Positions 1 through 11,599 of a stretch of 64,000 bases of DNA are shown one piece after another; within the stretch, counting starts at the first letter, position 1; each line of letters opens with the position of its first letter. Made by a program: the position numbers and the translations under genes. The stretch covers positions 112,964,266 to 113,028,265 of the forward strand of contig NC_068986.1 in assembly GCF_001194135.2 (NCBI RefSeq), read 5' to 3'. The notes below the pieces were generated by a model that was not told the origin of the DNA, did no database searches, and saw only the letters and a program-made list of their open reading frames with translations. Origin of the DNA: Octopus bimaculoides (lineage: Eukaryota).

Positions 1-9
1 TGCATGGTG

Positions 10-755
10 TGTTTTATGTATGTACTCTCATTCATACAGTTGCCTGTCTAGACATGGTCATATATATTTAAATGAAAATTAATGGGAAAGTTTCACATAT
101 TTTACAGTCCCACCGATGGCCTGGAATTGTAGTCCTTGAATCAGCTTTATCCTTTCTGGTTTTGAGAAGATAAATTTCTGAAGATTGGTATTTAGGCAGT
201 GTGTTACATACCTCAAGGCCCCAATAATTACTGGTATAAGCCTGAACTTGTAATCTGGATAGAGTAACTGCAGATTTCTCAATACTTCAGCGTAATTGTT
301 CTCTTTTTCACTGACCTTCAGCTTTATGTTAACATCTGCTGGGCAGTTAATTTCCACAACTGTACAGTGTCTCTTCTCTATCCCAAATCATTATATCAGG
401 TCTGTGGAGCTTACATTTTATTGAGGTTTTCACTGAACTTTCCACCTATACTATTTTTTAATATGAGTGTCTATGGCTTGTACCATACTGTGGGTTTATA
501 TTTCTTTACCTTCGAGTCCATCCTTTCCTTATAGAGTGTCCTAGCTACATCATATTTCATTGGTCGATAATACCTTTATGACATTTTCGGACAACTGCTT
601 ATGATGTAGGTGATATCTTCGGTGTTATCGCCACGAAACTTGCATCAGTTGTCACATTTTATTGCATTTCATGCATCTCTATCCCTTTTGCGCATCAAGT
701 ATTTGGTTGATATTTCCTCTTCCTGAATTGTAAACGTGTACCCTACAAAGTGGTA
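10..755 (-). mobile_element. R4/Dong-type non-LTR retrotransposon 3' fragment (zinc knuckle + RLE endonuclease + 3' UTR), family B, degraded
   Basis: Minus-strand translation with stops/frameshifts gives GYTFTIQEEEISTKYLMRKRDRDA, a degenerate knuckle (EDITYIISSCPKMS), HRPDIMIWDREE (PD motif), and VVEINCPADVNIKLKVSEKENNYAEVLRNLQLLYPDYKFRLIPVIIGAL (ORF 79-357). Homologous to 50491-50817. Confidence 0.85.
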
Positions 756-761
756 TGCATG

Positions 762-792
<31 letters not shown>

Positions 793-1399
793 TAAAGTGT
801 GTATCTATGTTATTTTTTATTTGAGTTTAATTCAAGTTATTCACAGTGTTCAAGTCGTTTGCTAACGAAGCAAGAACACTTTTTGAGTTAAGAGAGCTTC
901 AGGTGTTTGTAAACATGTGGATGATTCGGAGAGTTGGTTGAGCTGTCGATGCATACAACCAAATATGCGCATCTACTTACAAACGACTTTCACATAGACA
1001 ATTTCTGGAATGTCTTACAAATATTCACTGCGCCAATATAAATTAAATTTGGAGAATCCGCATCAGTTTCTTTTGCTGTTTTTCGGTGAAATCAAGTGTT
1101 TCTAGGTTTTGTTGAATTGCACGTAAGTACGTCCGTATGTATGTACGTATGTATGTATATACGTACGTATGCATGTATGTTTGTATGCATGTGTATATAT
1201 ATGAATATAATTACGAATCACAAGACTGAAATTCAAAGCGGTTTTTTCTTCACACATCAGGGAACACTTATACGCTGTCGATTGCGTTCTAGTTAGTCAT
1301 TTTGAAATATGTGTACAATCTCTTGTATCTGCATTTGACTCAGCTTGTGATGATCTTGGCCTTACCATCAACCTGAAAAAAAAATGAAACAGTTGTAAT

Positions 1400-1856
1400 G
1401 TATCAACCTGCATGTGGTGCTGTTTGCAACCCACCTAAAAATTTCTGTTAAAGGTAAGATTTTTATTCCTTCATCTACCTTCGAAGCTTTGTACAAAATG
1501 ATGGAAATCACAACACAGAAATATGTCTGGGAAAGGAAAGGGCAGCACAAACGTTTGGTGGTTTGGAGTCACGCGTTTGCACCAAAGACATACAAATAGC
1601 AATACAAAATTGGCTCTTTACAAATCGTTTGTCTTAGCATCCCTGTTGTTTTCTTCTGAAACATGGGCATGTTATGAAAGACATTTCACATTGTAAGAAC
1701 AATTCCATTAAATAGAGTTACTCCAAACACTGATGTCCTTACGTCTGCAGGCAATCTATGTGGGTGTCTTTTCAAAACATTGTCTGGTTTAAAAATCCAT
1801 ATCAGACGCTATGATGGATCTAAGGTGTAGGTAGCGGAGGTGGTCAACCACCATGT
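1400..1856 (+). mobile_element. RTE-clade LINE fragment with internal deletion
   Basis: Reads YLRSFVQNDGNHNTEI, TKLALYKSFVLASLLFSSETWACYERHF and PNTDVLTSAG, then jumps at ~1751 to the last finger (NLCGCLFKTLSGLKIHIRR) and a 3' end shared with 29610-29726. Followed by (TATG)n/(TG)n. Confidence 0.8.
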
Positions 1857-1966
1857 ATGAATGCATGTATAAATGTATGTACGTATGTTTGTATGTGTGT
1901 ATGCATGTATGTATGTATGTATGTATGTATGTATGTATGTGTGTGTGTGCGTGTGTGTGTGTGCGT

Positions 1967-2000
<34 letters not shown>
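1857..2000. repeat. Compound (TATG)n/(TG)n microsatellite, tail of the RTE fragment
   Basis: Directly visible; starts where the RTE 3' end stops. Confidence 0.95.
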
Positions 2001-2005
<5 letters not shown>

Positions 2006-2375
2006 GACAAAAAGCAACCAAGAGTTGATAACTTTAATCTATATAAAAGCTTCTGATTTGGAAAGCAATTTTGCCCAGAGGAGTTCAATCGATACCATAA
2101 TGCTCAGTATATGATAGGTTGCCTCCTGTATTGAACTCAGAAGGATGGAAGGCAACAATTTACCTTGGTGTTATATAACTTCTGACATAAATAACTGGAA
2201 GCAATCCTGCAAGAGGTTCTTCAGATTCCAACTTCTTTGCTCGTTCGCCAACATGCTCCAGCACGTATATTTCTTCATTTATTGACAGCAGAACTTGTTG
2301 CTTCACCACGCTTTACAATGGTCGCATTTATTCACTTGCCTATTCACATCTATTCTACCTTTAATTTCTCTCTCC

Positions 2376-2468
2376 ACACACACACACACACACAGAGACA
2401 CACACACACACACACACACACACACTTACACACTAACACACTTACACACACACACATCCACACACACA
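2376..2468. repeat. (CA)n microsatellite, imperfect
   Basis: Directly visible. Confidence 0.95.
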
Positions 2469-2963
2469 AGTATAACGTAGATAGAAAGTGTTCAGATTTG
2501 TAAGATTCAGTGAGAGGAGGAAAGAGAGTGTGAGAAAGAAAGAAGCTTTTATATACGGATATGGACCAACAATAACATTTTGCAGTTACATAACAATCGA
2601 AGATACAGAAATATGACGCAATAAATTTGTAAAAACATGAAGTATTCAAGATGGAATCAGTGGAATATTTCTAATGGAGAGATTTCCTCGATTGTGTTGA
2701 TTTGCCGCCAATATTCCTCGTTTCAATAGAACGTGTTTGCTAAACATTTAGATTGCACTATGCAGTGGTTTTATGAGGAAAACATCCAAACCTTACAATG
2801 TTAGCGAATCAAACAGCCAGAAGAAATATTAATATAGTTATTCGGATGGTGAATAAATTATTAAACCAAAGTAATATCGATGAACTTGGAAGAAGAAGAT
2901 GAACATGACTGAAAACCTGTGAAATCTGTATCACTGAAGTGTATCAAATTAATGTTTCTACAG

Positions 2964-3103
2964 TGGCAGACGACATGCCGTTGTCGAAATTAAATCGCCT
3001 TCATCATAATTCCACTGGTTATAAAGCGCCCGTCCCCGCTACCGTCATACTGGATGAACGTGTGGGATTTATGGCGCACTACAACGTGTCAAATCGCTTC
3101 TAA
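2964..3103 (+). CDS. Candidate terminal coding exon of an unknown host gene
   Basis: Acceptor aatgtttctacag| then phase-1 open frame (x)ADDMPLSKLNRLHHNSTGYKAPVPATVILDERVGFMAHYNVSNRF*. GC/CpG-richer than flanks; AATAAA at 3364. No homology recognised. Confidence 0.3.
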
Positions 3104-3511
3104 GACAACATGGCTCCTATATAGAGAATACAGATTGTATTTCATATGAAATTAATAACTAATCTCCCTTGAAGGTGTTATTACATTTACCTGTATATTT
3201 TATGACAAAAACATGAAAAAATAGCAACAGATAAAACGCTCAACGAAGGAACATCTGTATGATCTTTTGAACTGCAAGGCATAGCAGCTTAATTTCACTC
3301 ATATATTGACTTATCCGCTTTAAAGACTGTATTGTTAGTCAATGATTAATATAGTCGGAATGAAATAAAGGCAGAAGTAAAAGAGTGACTGGGAGCTGCT
3401 AGGATACGTGTTATAATTCTGCAAATAAGTATTTAAATCGTTGATGTCACGAAGAATATAAACAAGCTTGTTGCAGTTTGATATCAAATCATACGAGAAA
3501 TTAATATCGAT

Positions 3512-3722
3512 TTCAAATTTTGGCTCAAGGCCAGTAATATCACACGATGGCTTGCTTAGTCGATTATATTGATCCCAGTGCTCAACAGTTACTCATTATA
3601 TCGATTCCGAAATGTTTAAAAGCAAAGCCACCTTCATCGGAATTTGAACCGAGAACGTAATGATGGGAGAAATATCTTCCAACATTTTCCGGTGCGTTAA
3701 GTATTCTGCCAGCTCGGCACCC
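3512..3722 (-). mobile_element. tRNA-derived SINE, family 3 (ggcagaatcgttagc head), diverged
   Basis: Matches the copies at 12984, 25102, 44131, 51000 and 62711 (ttcaaattttggc.caaggcc...gtcgatta..tcga.cccagtgctcaac...gaatttgaac). Confidence 0.8.
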
Positions 3723-3807
3723 CTATTTGATGTAGGTTAATATTGAATTTAACTCCCTGTCACAGATGCTGATGGTGCAGGCATATGTTAAATACATACA
3801 CGTATAC

Positions 3808-3955
3808 TACGGCACTCCATCGGTAACGACGACGAGTGTTCCAGCTGATCCGATCAACAAAACAGCCTGCTGGTGGAATTAACGTACAAGTGGCTGAGCA
3901 ATCCACACACACGTGCACAGAGTGACACGGATGGTCATTTGAAATACAAGCACAA
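3808..3955 (-). mobile_element. SINE family 2 body fragment
   Basis: ctccatcggt...gttccagctgatccgatcaac...caagtggctgagca.tccaca is shared with 28685-28980. Confidence 0.7.
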
Positions 3956-4340
3956 CAGAAACAGGAAGAAAGAGTGAAAGTACATATATGTGAGAGTATA
4001 TGTGTGTGAGTGAACATGTGATTATGTATGTGTGCATGCATGAGGGAAATGGAAGTGTATAGCATTACGGGCCGCGTATTTCAGAATTCTTGAAGGTTTA
4101 AGAATTTCATAATACTTGAAATAGTTTTAATTATCTCTCAAACACTTTATTATTAAATAAAGCCGTTATTGAAACTAAGTAAAGATTATGAAAAACGGCT
4201 CCGGGTGATCTGAAAATTAGGAAATGGCTTAAATGCATAAAAGTCATATTAATATTTGCAAAGCGTTCTACGTTGCGGGAGACAAATTTTCAGATTTCTT
4301 CGTAAATGTAACCGTATTGACTTTTCCTCTGAAGTTATGT

Positions 4341-4695
4341 ATTCTTTTATTCTTTTATTTGTTTCAGTCGTTTATATGCGACCGTGCTGGAGCACTATCT
4401 TTGGTCGAACAAATCGACCCCAGGACTTATTCTTTGTAAGCCTAGTACTTATTCTATCGGATCTCTTTTGCAGAACAGCTAAGTTACGGGGACGTAAACA
4501 CACAGTATCGGGTGTGGATCGATGCTGGTGGAGGGTACACACACAAACATACAGACGCACACACAGACATACACACACAAACGCAAACATATATGTATAC
4601 GAGGGTTTCTTTCAGTTTCCATTTAGCAAATCCACTCACAAGGCTTTGGTCGGCCTGAGGCTATAGTAGAAGGAACTTGCCCAAGGTGCCACTCA
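4341..4695 (-). mobile_element. tRNA-derived SINE, family 1 (head truncated)
   Basis: ttcttttatttgtttcagtc...gctggagcac...tacggggacgtaaacac...(CA)n...ttcagtttcc...ccactcacaaggctttggtcggcc...cttgcccaaggtgcc; reverse complement of 18168-18550. Confidence 0.9.
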
Positions 4696-4789
4696 TTGGG
4701 ACAATTATTTCTTACATGGGTAGAAATGTGAGAATGCACACACACAAACTCATGCATATAAATCCGCTTCCAAATTTGTCTTGATTGCT

Positions 4790-5110
4790 TCATTCTTTTT
4801 AATCTTGAGCCAAACAGCTTAAGTAAAACATCTTCGTGGCGGCTTCGCAAGTGACCTTTTCTGATTTCTTGTGTTTCACTAGACAGGTCCAGCTATTGTC
4901 CAGGAACCTTGTGACATGTCCAGCTCAGTGAGATTTGGGATTTTCTTGTTCAGCGACCACATCGTTCACTCTGCTCTGTTGTCGATTTATCTCCCTTCGA
5001 TTGTGCTCTTTTAATGATATATCAACGGTCAATTCATGACTCTTTGAGTCGAAGCCAATCGATGTTCTATCCTCTTCGTAGTAGCCCACATTTGACTTGC
5101 ATTTTACACT
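4790..5110 (-). mobile_element. RTE-clade LINE 3' ORF fragment, degraded
   Basis: Minus strand reads DISLKEHNRREINRQQSRVNDVV...SH*AGHVTRFLDNSWT, matching the RTE post-RT motif WAGHV.R..DNRWT. Confidence 0.6.
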
Positions 5111-5127
5111 GCTAGTAGAATGGTTCA

Positions 5128-5128
<1 letters not shown>

Positions 5129-5222
<94 letters not shown>
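5129..5222. repeat. (ATT)n followed by (ATC)n
   Basis: Directly visible; is the (TGA)n(TAA)n tail of the adjacent Dong-like fragment. Confidence 0.95.
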
Positions 5223-5581
5223 TTTTCAATTCTGTTTCCATTTCTTGCCGCGTATCTTCCTTACACATAGGGCAGAGAAACACACCGTGTACATGGATAG
5301 GTCATGAAAATAAACACATCCTGAGGAGTGAGATGTGATCATTTTTAAGCACTGGAGGTGGTTTGTGTTCCTACCAGATTTTATAATGGGGCAAGTCCAG
5401 GTTTTTTCCAATTACCCAGTGAATAAATTGTGCAGCTCTGTCATGCCTGCTGAGATACTCTGTAGGCGCAAGAAGACTGCACATGGAGACAACATGACCA
5501 ATGGTTTCATTTTGTTGTAGATATACACGGCATGTTGGGAAGCTGCAGTTCCTTAATATGTTGACCTGGTATTTCTGGTAG

Positions 5582-5582
<1 letters not shown>
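5223..5582 (-). mobile_element. R4/Dong-type LINE fragment (knuckle region joined to a putative 3' UTR)
   Basis: Minus strand reads CRVYLQQNETIGHVVSMCSLLAPTEYLSRHDRAAQFIHWVIGKNLDLPHYKIW*EHKPPPVLKNDHISLL (typical ETI.H..S.C..LA..EY..RHD), then non-coding sequence and a TGA/TAA tail. Confidence 0.8.
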
Positions 5583-5656
<74 letters not shown>

Positions 5657-5725
5657 ATCATTATAATTATAATTATATTTTTTAGTAGTAGTAGTAGTAG
5701 TAGTAGTGTCCTCATTATTATTGTT
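5583..5725. repeat. (ATT)n, then (AGT)n and (GTT)n
   Basis: Directly visible. Confidence 0.95.
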
Positions 5726-5967
5726 GTTGTCTCAATGACTTGACGTACAGTGGTTGCAACAGAAAATAGCAGAAACAGCCTATATTCTACTACTAAACAA
5801 CATTGTAAGCTTCTAATCAGTAACTTAGCTTAACACCTAACAAGAGCCTTCTTAACTATATATATAGATACATTAATATGCATGTGTATATGTCAGTGTG
5901 GACGTTCATTTCCATATACATATACATGTATACATCTAGATATTTATATATATATATATATATAGAA

Positions 5968-5998
<31 letters not shown>

Positions 5999-8683
5999 AA
6001 GAGAGAGAGAAAGATAGAGAGAAAGAGAGAGAAAAAGAGATATGCATACTTAATTATGTACATATACTCACATATACGCATATACGTATATATACAAATA
6101 TAGATAGTTAAACACACACACATATATATATATATAGATATATCAATGTGTGCGTGAGTGTGTGTCGGTGTGTGTGTGTGTATGCGTGTGTTTGCATATT
6201 TATGTGTGTATATTTGTGTTTTCGAAGTTTTGTTGGCTTGTTGCCATTCAGCGTTCATGATAATCCGACGATATTCTCGGACTTTTATTTTTAGCAATTT
6301 CTGTTTCACTTCTCATTTATTTTCTTCAACTTGACAAAGTTTTCAAACAGGATCTCGTGTTTCGAAGAAGAAAGTGATGCTAATAACATATATCTATATC
6401 TATCTATATATATATATATATATATATATAAATATANNNNNNNNNNNNNNNNNNNNNNNNNNNNNNNNNNNNNNNNNNNNNNNNNNNNNNNNNNNNNNNN
6501 NNNNNNNNNNNNNNNNNATATGTATATATATATATATATATATTTATATATGTACACACATGCATATATATGCACACACACATACACACATACATAAGTA
6601 TGTATACTTACGAATTCACTTACAAATATCAGTGTATATGTTTGAATTTATGCACGTATGTATGTGTGTATGTCTATGCGTGTATATTTTACCAGACGAT
6701 GAATAACTTGCGCTCATTGAACGCGGTAAAGAGCACGAGCTCAAAATAGCCATATTTACATTCCCGAGGAGAATATTTTCAAGCGCCTGATATCTACTAA
6801 TCTCGAAGTTTTGGCAGTTAGAGCCGGCACCATCATCTTTGAAGGAATGTGAGGAATAAAACTCACGTGAGTCGCAGTATTAACTGTTCTATCTTCAGAT
6901 AAATCTGGATGTGATGTTCATTTTCTTCTCTTCTTTATGTTTGTCTCTGTCCCATCTATGCTACTTTTTCTTCATATTCTCTCACGTCAACCAAACAAAT
7001 TGCGTCTTGAAATTAATAATTAATATGACAGGTGTTCATTAGTGGTAATCACTTTTTATCTTCAAGCCCTATTTCTCCGACGCCACCAACAGGTTTCTGA
7101 TTAATTGATGTGTGAATGAAGTCAATAGAGTCACTAAAATATTGTTAGAACCATCTAAAAATATCGAACGATGTAATTTTGAAATGTGTACGCTTCCTCT
7201 CAAAGTCATACTCAGGCACTAAACAACGTTTCACATGTCTCTGGCCGAACACTTTTCGACATTGTTCCATGACAAATTATATATTGTCTCATATTCTTCG
7301 GTGTTTGGCATAATTACTAAAACCCCGGGGTAATTTTAGTTCTTCAACTCTTCTCGGTCGACAAGAAAGAATACCAATCTAGCATTGCGCTTCTCTGTAA
7401 TGACCACATTCTACCCAAATACCGAAGCTTTATGCCTTAATTAAAAAAACTGTAAAAATCCAACAAACTGGAAGCACCGGGAGAGTGTTTGAATAAATGT
7501 TTATAATGCTTGTTTGTCTTTTGTAGGTCTTTACTTTTCATGCTATAATCTCATCAAGTTCAACATTTGAAACAAAATGGCCCAGTCAAGTAGAACGATC
7601 CCCATAGCAAATCTTCTTGGAAAACAATTTCTTTTTTTGTTGGGCGCTAGGACTCATAAAACCCGTTTCCTAGTTTCCCCGGCATATGAGTGATTGGGGT
7701 CACAATATTCAGCCTGAAAGGGACACGGTCAGTTGAGGGAGGAAGGCCAATGAAGGGAGGAGAAAAGACGACTACATAAACTCACAATATTTGACTTTTA
7801 CTTTATTTGAACGATCCTGAACGGATGAGAGGCAAAGTCCGCTCAGCGAAATTAAAAATCGGAATGTGAAGAGCCGGAGATATGACGTACTAAAGGTCCT
7901 ACAACTCGCCACCTCCTTGGAAACAATTATTCTAATCAAATATTATGTTTATTCAGCACCCGCACTTAAGACGAGGCTTTACACAGTTTCCATCTATTAG
8001 CTTCATTGACAACAAACTGGCTCTACCTGCATTTAGAGGAAATAGAATTATACATTGCAAGCCTATGACATTATATAATACTGTCACCGCTTTGTTTTAA
8101 TTGCGTTGATGCTGTTATTAACTCCGTGCATTTCTGCCCGAGTAACTCTATGGCACGGAAGATTTTCCTATGATCAAACGTATTTCCGTCATTTCTGTAA
8201 ATTTGAAAACAAAAAGTCGTGCGAACACACACGTACATCTAAAATAGTCTCCAGAATACTAACACAAACATATGACATACTGTCATATACATAAACAATA
8301 TGAGAAGGGAGGGGATGTACAGGAAAGAGTGAAAGAGAGTGGGAGGAGAGAGAGTTTCATTCATTAAGTATACGGTTTTCAAATAAACATTACGACATGT
8401 GTTAGGTTACAGAAATGATATTTTAATGAGTTTAGCATCTGTTCTACGTCTATATTTACACACATAAATATCAAGAGAATGTAACGTAGTTACATANNNN
8501 NNNNNNNNNNNNNNNNNNNNNNNNNNNNNNNNNNNNNNNNNNNNNNNNNNNNNNNNNNNNNNNNNNNNNNNNNNNNNNNNNNNNNNNNNNNNNNNNNNNN
8601 NNNNNNNNNNNNNNNNNNNNNNNNNNNNNNNNNNNNNNNNNNNNNNNNNNNNNNNNNNNNNNNNNNNNNNNNNNNNNNNNNNN

Positions 8684-8732
<49 letters not shown>

Positions 8733-9221
8733 TATACGTACATGTTCAAGTACATTGCCACATTGACATATATTTATGAATAAAACAAGAAGACTCTCGA
8801 AAAGAACATATTTATAGAGAAACACATACAGACACGCACATATATATAGAAATCAATACACGCACTATATATGTGTGTGAGCGTGCGTGTATACACATAT
8901 ACATACATACACACACACACACACACACTCACACAGACACAGACACACCCACATATATATATATGTCAAATGCATACGAACTAGAACTTATGTATGTCTA
9001 TGGAAAATCACAGGTCAAACTATCGTAGAGACTTGGAGAAATTTGTGGAGAACGGCGCCGTATTTTAAATTGCATTCTTCCAAGCACCTCTGTTGCTATG
9101 TATCAGGCAACCAAAACACGGCGCTTGAGAGATGTTTGAGCGCAGTACAAGAGATAGTGCCGAGATATGGTCCGTTCACATAACAGAATATAATGAACAA
9201 TTTACCCTATACAACGGTCCG

Positions 9222-9377
9222 GGCATAGGTACGTGGTTAAGAAATTGTCCTTGAGACCACGTGGTTTCGTGTTCAGCCCAACTGTGCGGTACATTGGGCA
9301 AGAGGCATCTTCAATTCCGCCGGTCAAGTAACGCTTTCTGAGCGTATTTAGTACACGGAAACCTTACGGAAGCACGT
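9222..9377 (+). mobile_element. SINE family 1, diverged 5' half
   Basis: gggcataggtacgtggttaagaa...gtggtttcgtgttcagcccaactgtgcggtacattgggcaag (A/B-box-like head). Confidence 0.6.
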
Positions 9378-9552
9378 TCTCTCTCTGTCTTTCTCCTTCT
9401 CTATCTTCTTCCCTTTCTGTCTCACTACTTCTTTGTCTGTCTGTCTGTCTGTCTGTCTCTCTTTATCTCTCTCTTTATCAGACATACATACACACACACA
9501 CATACACACACACACACATATATATATATATGTATGTGTATATATATATATG

Positions 9553-9586
<34 letters not shown>

Positions 9587-10706
9587 GCGGTGTATGAAGC
9601 TGTGGTGGTACCCAGGGCTAGGAACCAAAGAAATAGCAGCAACTGCTCATTCGACAACATCGACGGTGGCGACTGAAACACCAACATCGACGGCATCGAT
9701 CGCACAAAGAACACCAGCGCCACGGTTGGAGACAACATCAAAACAAACACATTGAACACCGGCGAATCCACCGCTCCCACGCCCATTGTTAGCAGCGACG
9801 TCAGCCACACCACCATCGGCAGCAGCAACCGCGACGCTGCCATTCCCACGTTCATTATTAACAGTGATGACAGCGACAGTAACATCGGCAACGATGGTAT
9901 CAACAGCAGCAGCAGCAGCAACACTGTGGCCAGAGACAATCACCGCAATGACAACAACTACAGCGATATCGCCAGACCCACTCTCCGCAATAACAGCACC
10001 GTTGACAGCCCCAGTAACAGGAACAGCGGCAACATCAACACCAGGACTGGAACCAACAAATGATGCAGGAGGTGTGCGAACACAGCTAGCACTCAATTTC
10101 GGAGATATAATAGGGTTGGTCGAAACTGTATTTAAGCAGCGCCTGTACAGACACAGATTTTCAGGATTCCAGAAAGACGATGCACCACGTCTCATATTTG
10201 ATGCCTTAACGATAATGGAACCCCATAAGAAATTAAATGCATGATCATAGAATAGCTGGGGCCCTGTATCAACGGGAGCAGATGACGAAAGATTTGCATA
10301 ACAGACTGAGCAATTTTCCTTAAAAACTTAGCGACTCTATCAAATTTTAGAGACGAGATTCATAGCCAATGCCTCCATTTCAAACGCGACATCCTACAGG
10401 CGTGGGATTCCTCGTTCGCCGCAGAAATTCCCGCAAAGTGGAAACATCTGAAGGGCGAGATCCCCTTTCGCTTCTTAAGTACATAAAATTTGTCATCTGA
10501 GCTGGTCTAAGGGACATAACTCCGGCAAACATTAGAAAACACTTTAACCTTTGTTTAAGAATTAACCGACCGTAACGGTTCTCTCTTTCCTGCTTGAAGA
10601 GGGATATATGCCATCTGCCATTTGAGTCGGAGGTTAACGAAGCTTACCGCTTTTTGGATGCGAAGACATTGGTCACGCTATGGCTAGACATCTATTTAAC
10701 TTCATA

Positions 10707-10709
<3 letters not shown>
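9587..10709 (+). pseudogene. Unidentified degraded coding sequence (S/T/N-rich region followed by a globular-looking domain), probably TE- or virus-derived
   Basis: GC-richer block between (TATG)n and (TG)n. Stitching frames gives ...VRTQLALNFGDIIGLVETVFKQRLYRHRFSGFQKDDAPRLIFDALTIMEPHKKLN / HDHRIAGALYQREQMTKDLHNRLSNF / LKNLATLSNFRDEIHSQCLHFKRDILQAWDSSFAAEIPAKWKHLKGEIPFRF / LKYIKFVI*AGLRDITPANIRKHFNLCLR...EVNEAYRFLDAKTLVTLWLDIY. Confidence 0.45.

Positions 10710-10710
<1 letters not shown>

Positions 10711-10773
<63 letters not shown>
10711..10773. repeat. (TG)n microsatellite
   Basis: Perfect run. Confidence 0.98.
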
Positions 10774-10775
<2 letters not shown>

Positions 10776-11599
10776 CGTTCTTGTATTTCGTTTGCAATAT
10801 CCTTTATGTGAATTCGAGTGTTGAGGCATATTTTGTTCTGTCGGGGGAGAGTCATTCTCTTTTAGTTCTTTATCATTCAACACATTCACCAGTTCGATTC
10901 CCACTCCTTTACCTATTTGATTCTTCTAAACTTTTCTTTGTGTCTTGAAGAATTCTCTATAGTCGTAGACTTTGTCCGTTATCGGAGCTGCGTACTTTTG
11001 GTTTGTTTCTTTGTGCGCATGCGTGTGCGTCAGTGTGCATGTCTATACACATATGTATATATGTCTGTATGCATGTATGTGTATACATATATATATATAT
11101 ATATATATATANNNNNNNNNNNNNNNNNNNNNNNNNNNNNNNNNNNNNNNNNNNNNNNNNNNNNNNNNNNNNNNNNNNNNNNNNNNNNNNNNNNNNNNNN
11201 NTACATATATATATATATATATATATAGATATGTATACATGTGTGTATGTTTTTATGTCTGTATTCTGCATATTCATGTGGTTGTGTGTTTATGTTTCTA
11301 TGTTTGTATGTGTGTGTATGTTTTTGTGTGTACCCTTGTCTCCTTGTGTGTGCATGATTCAGTCAGTCTATGTGTATGTGTCCTTGTGTGTGTGCGTGAA
11401 GTGTGCATGTGTGCATATGGTTATGTGGTTCAGTGTTCATTTGTCTATGTTTGTGCATATGTGTGTGTGCTTGTTTGTCAGTATTACCTATGTACCTATC
11501 TATCTGTTTATCAATCGATTTACTTAGATATCCATTTACCTACACACACGTACACACATTTATATACACACATATACATATATACATCTACATAACAGT

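Noticed and set aside
2793-2905. Minus-strand exon bounded by ttttcag and gtaagg
   Set aside because: All three frames contain stops.
9647-10195. Minus-strand 182-aa and 153-aa ORFs
   Set aside because: Antisense shadows of the low-complexity half of the plus-strand fossil.
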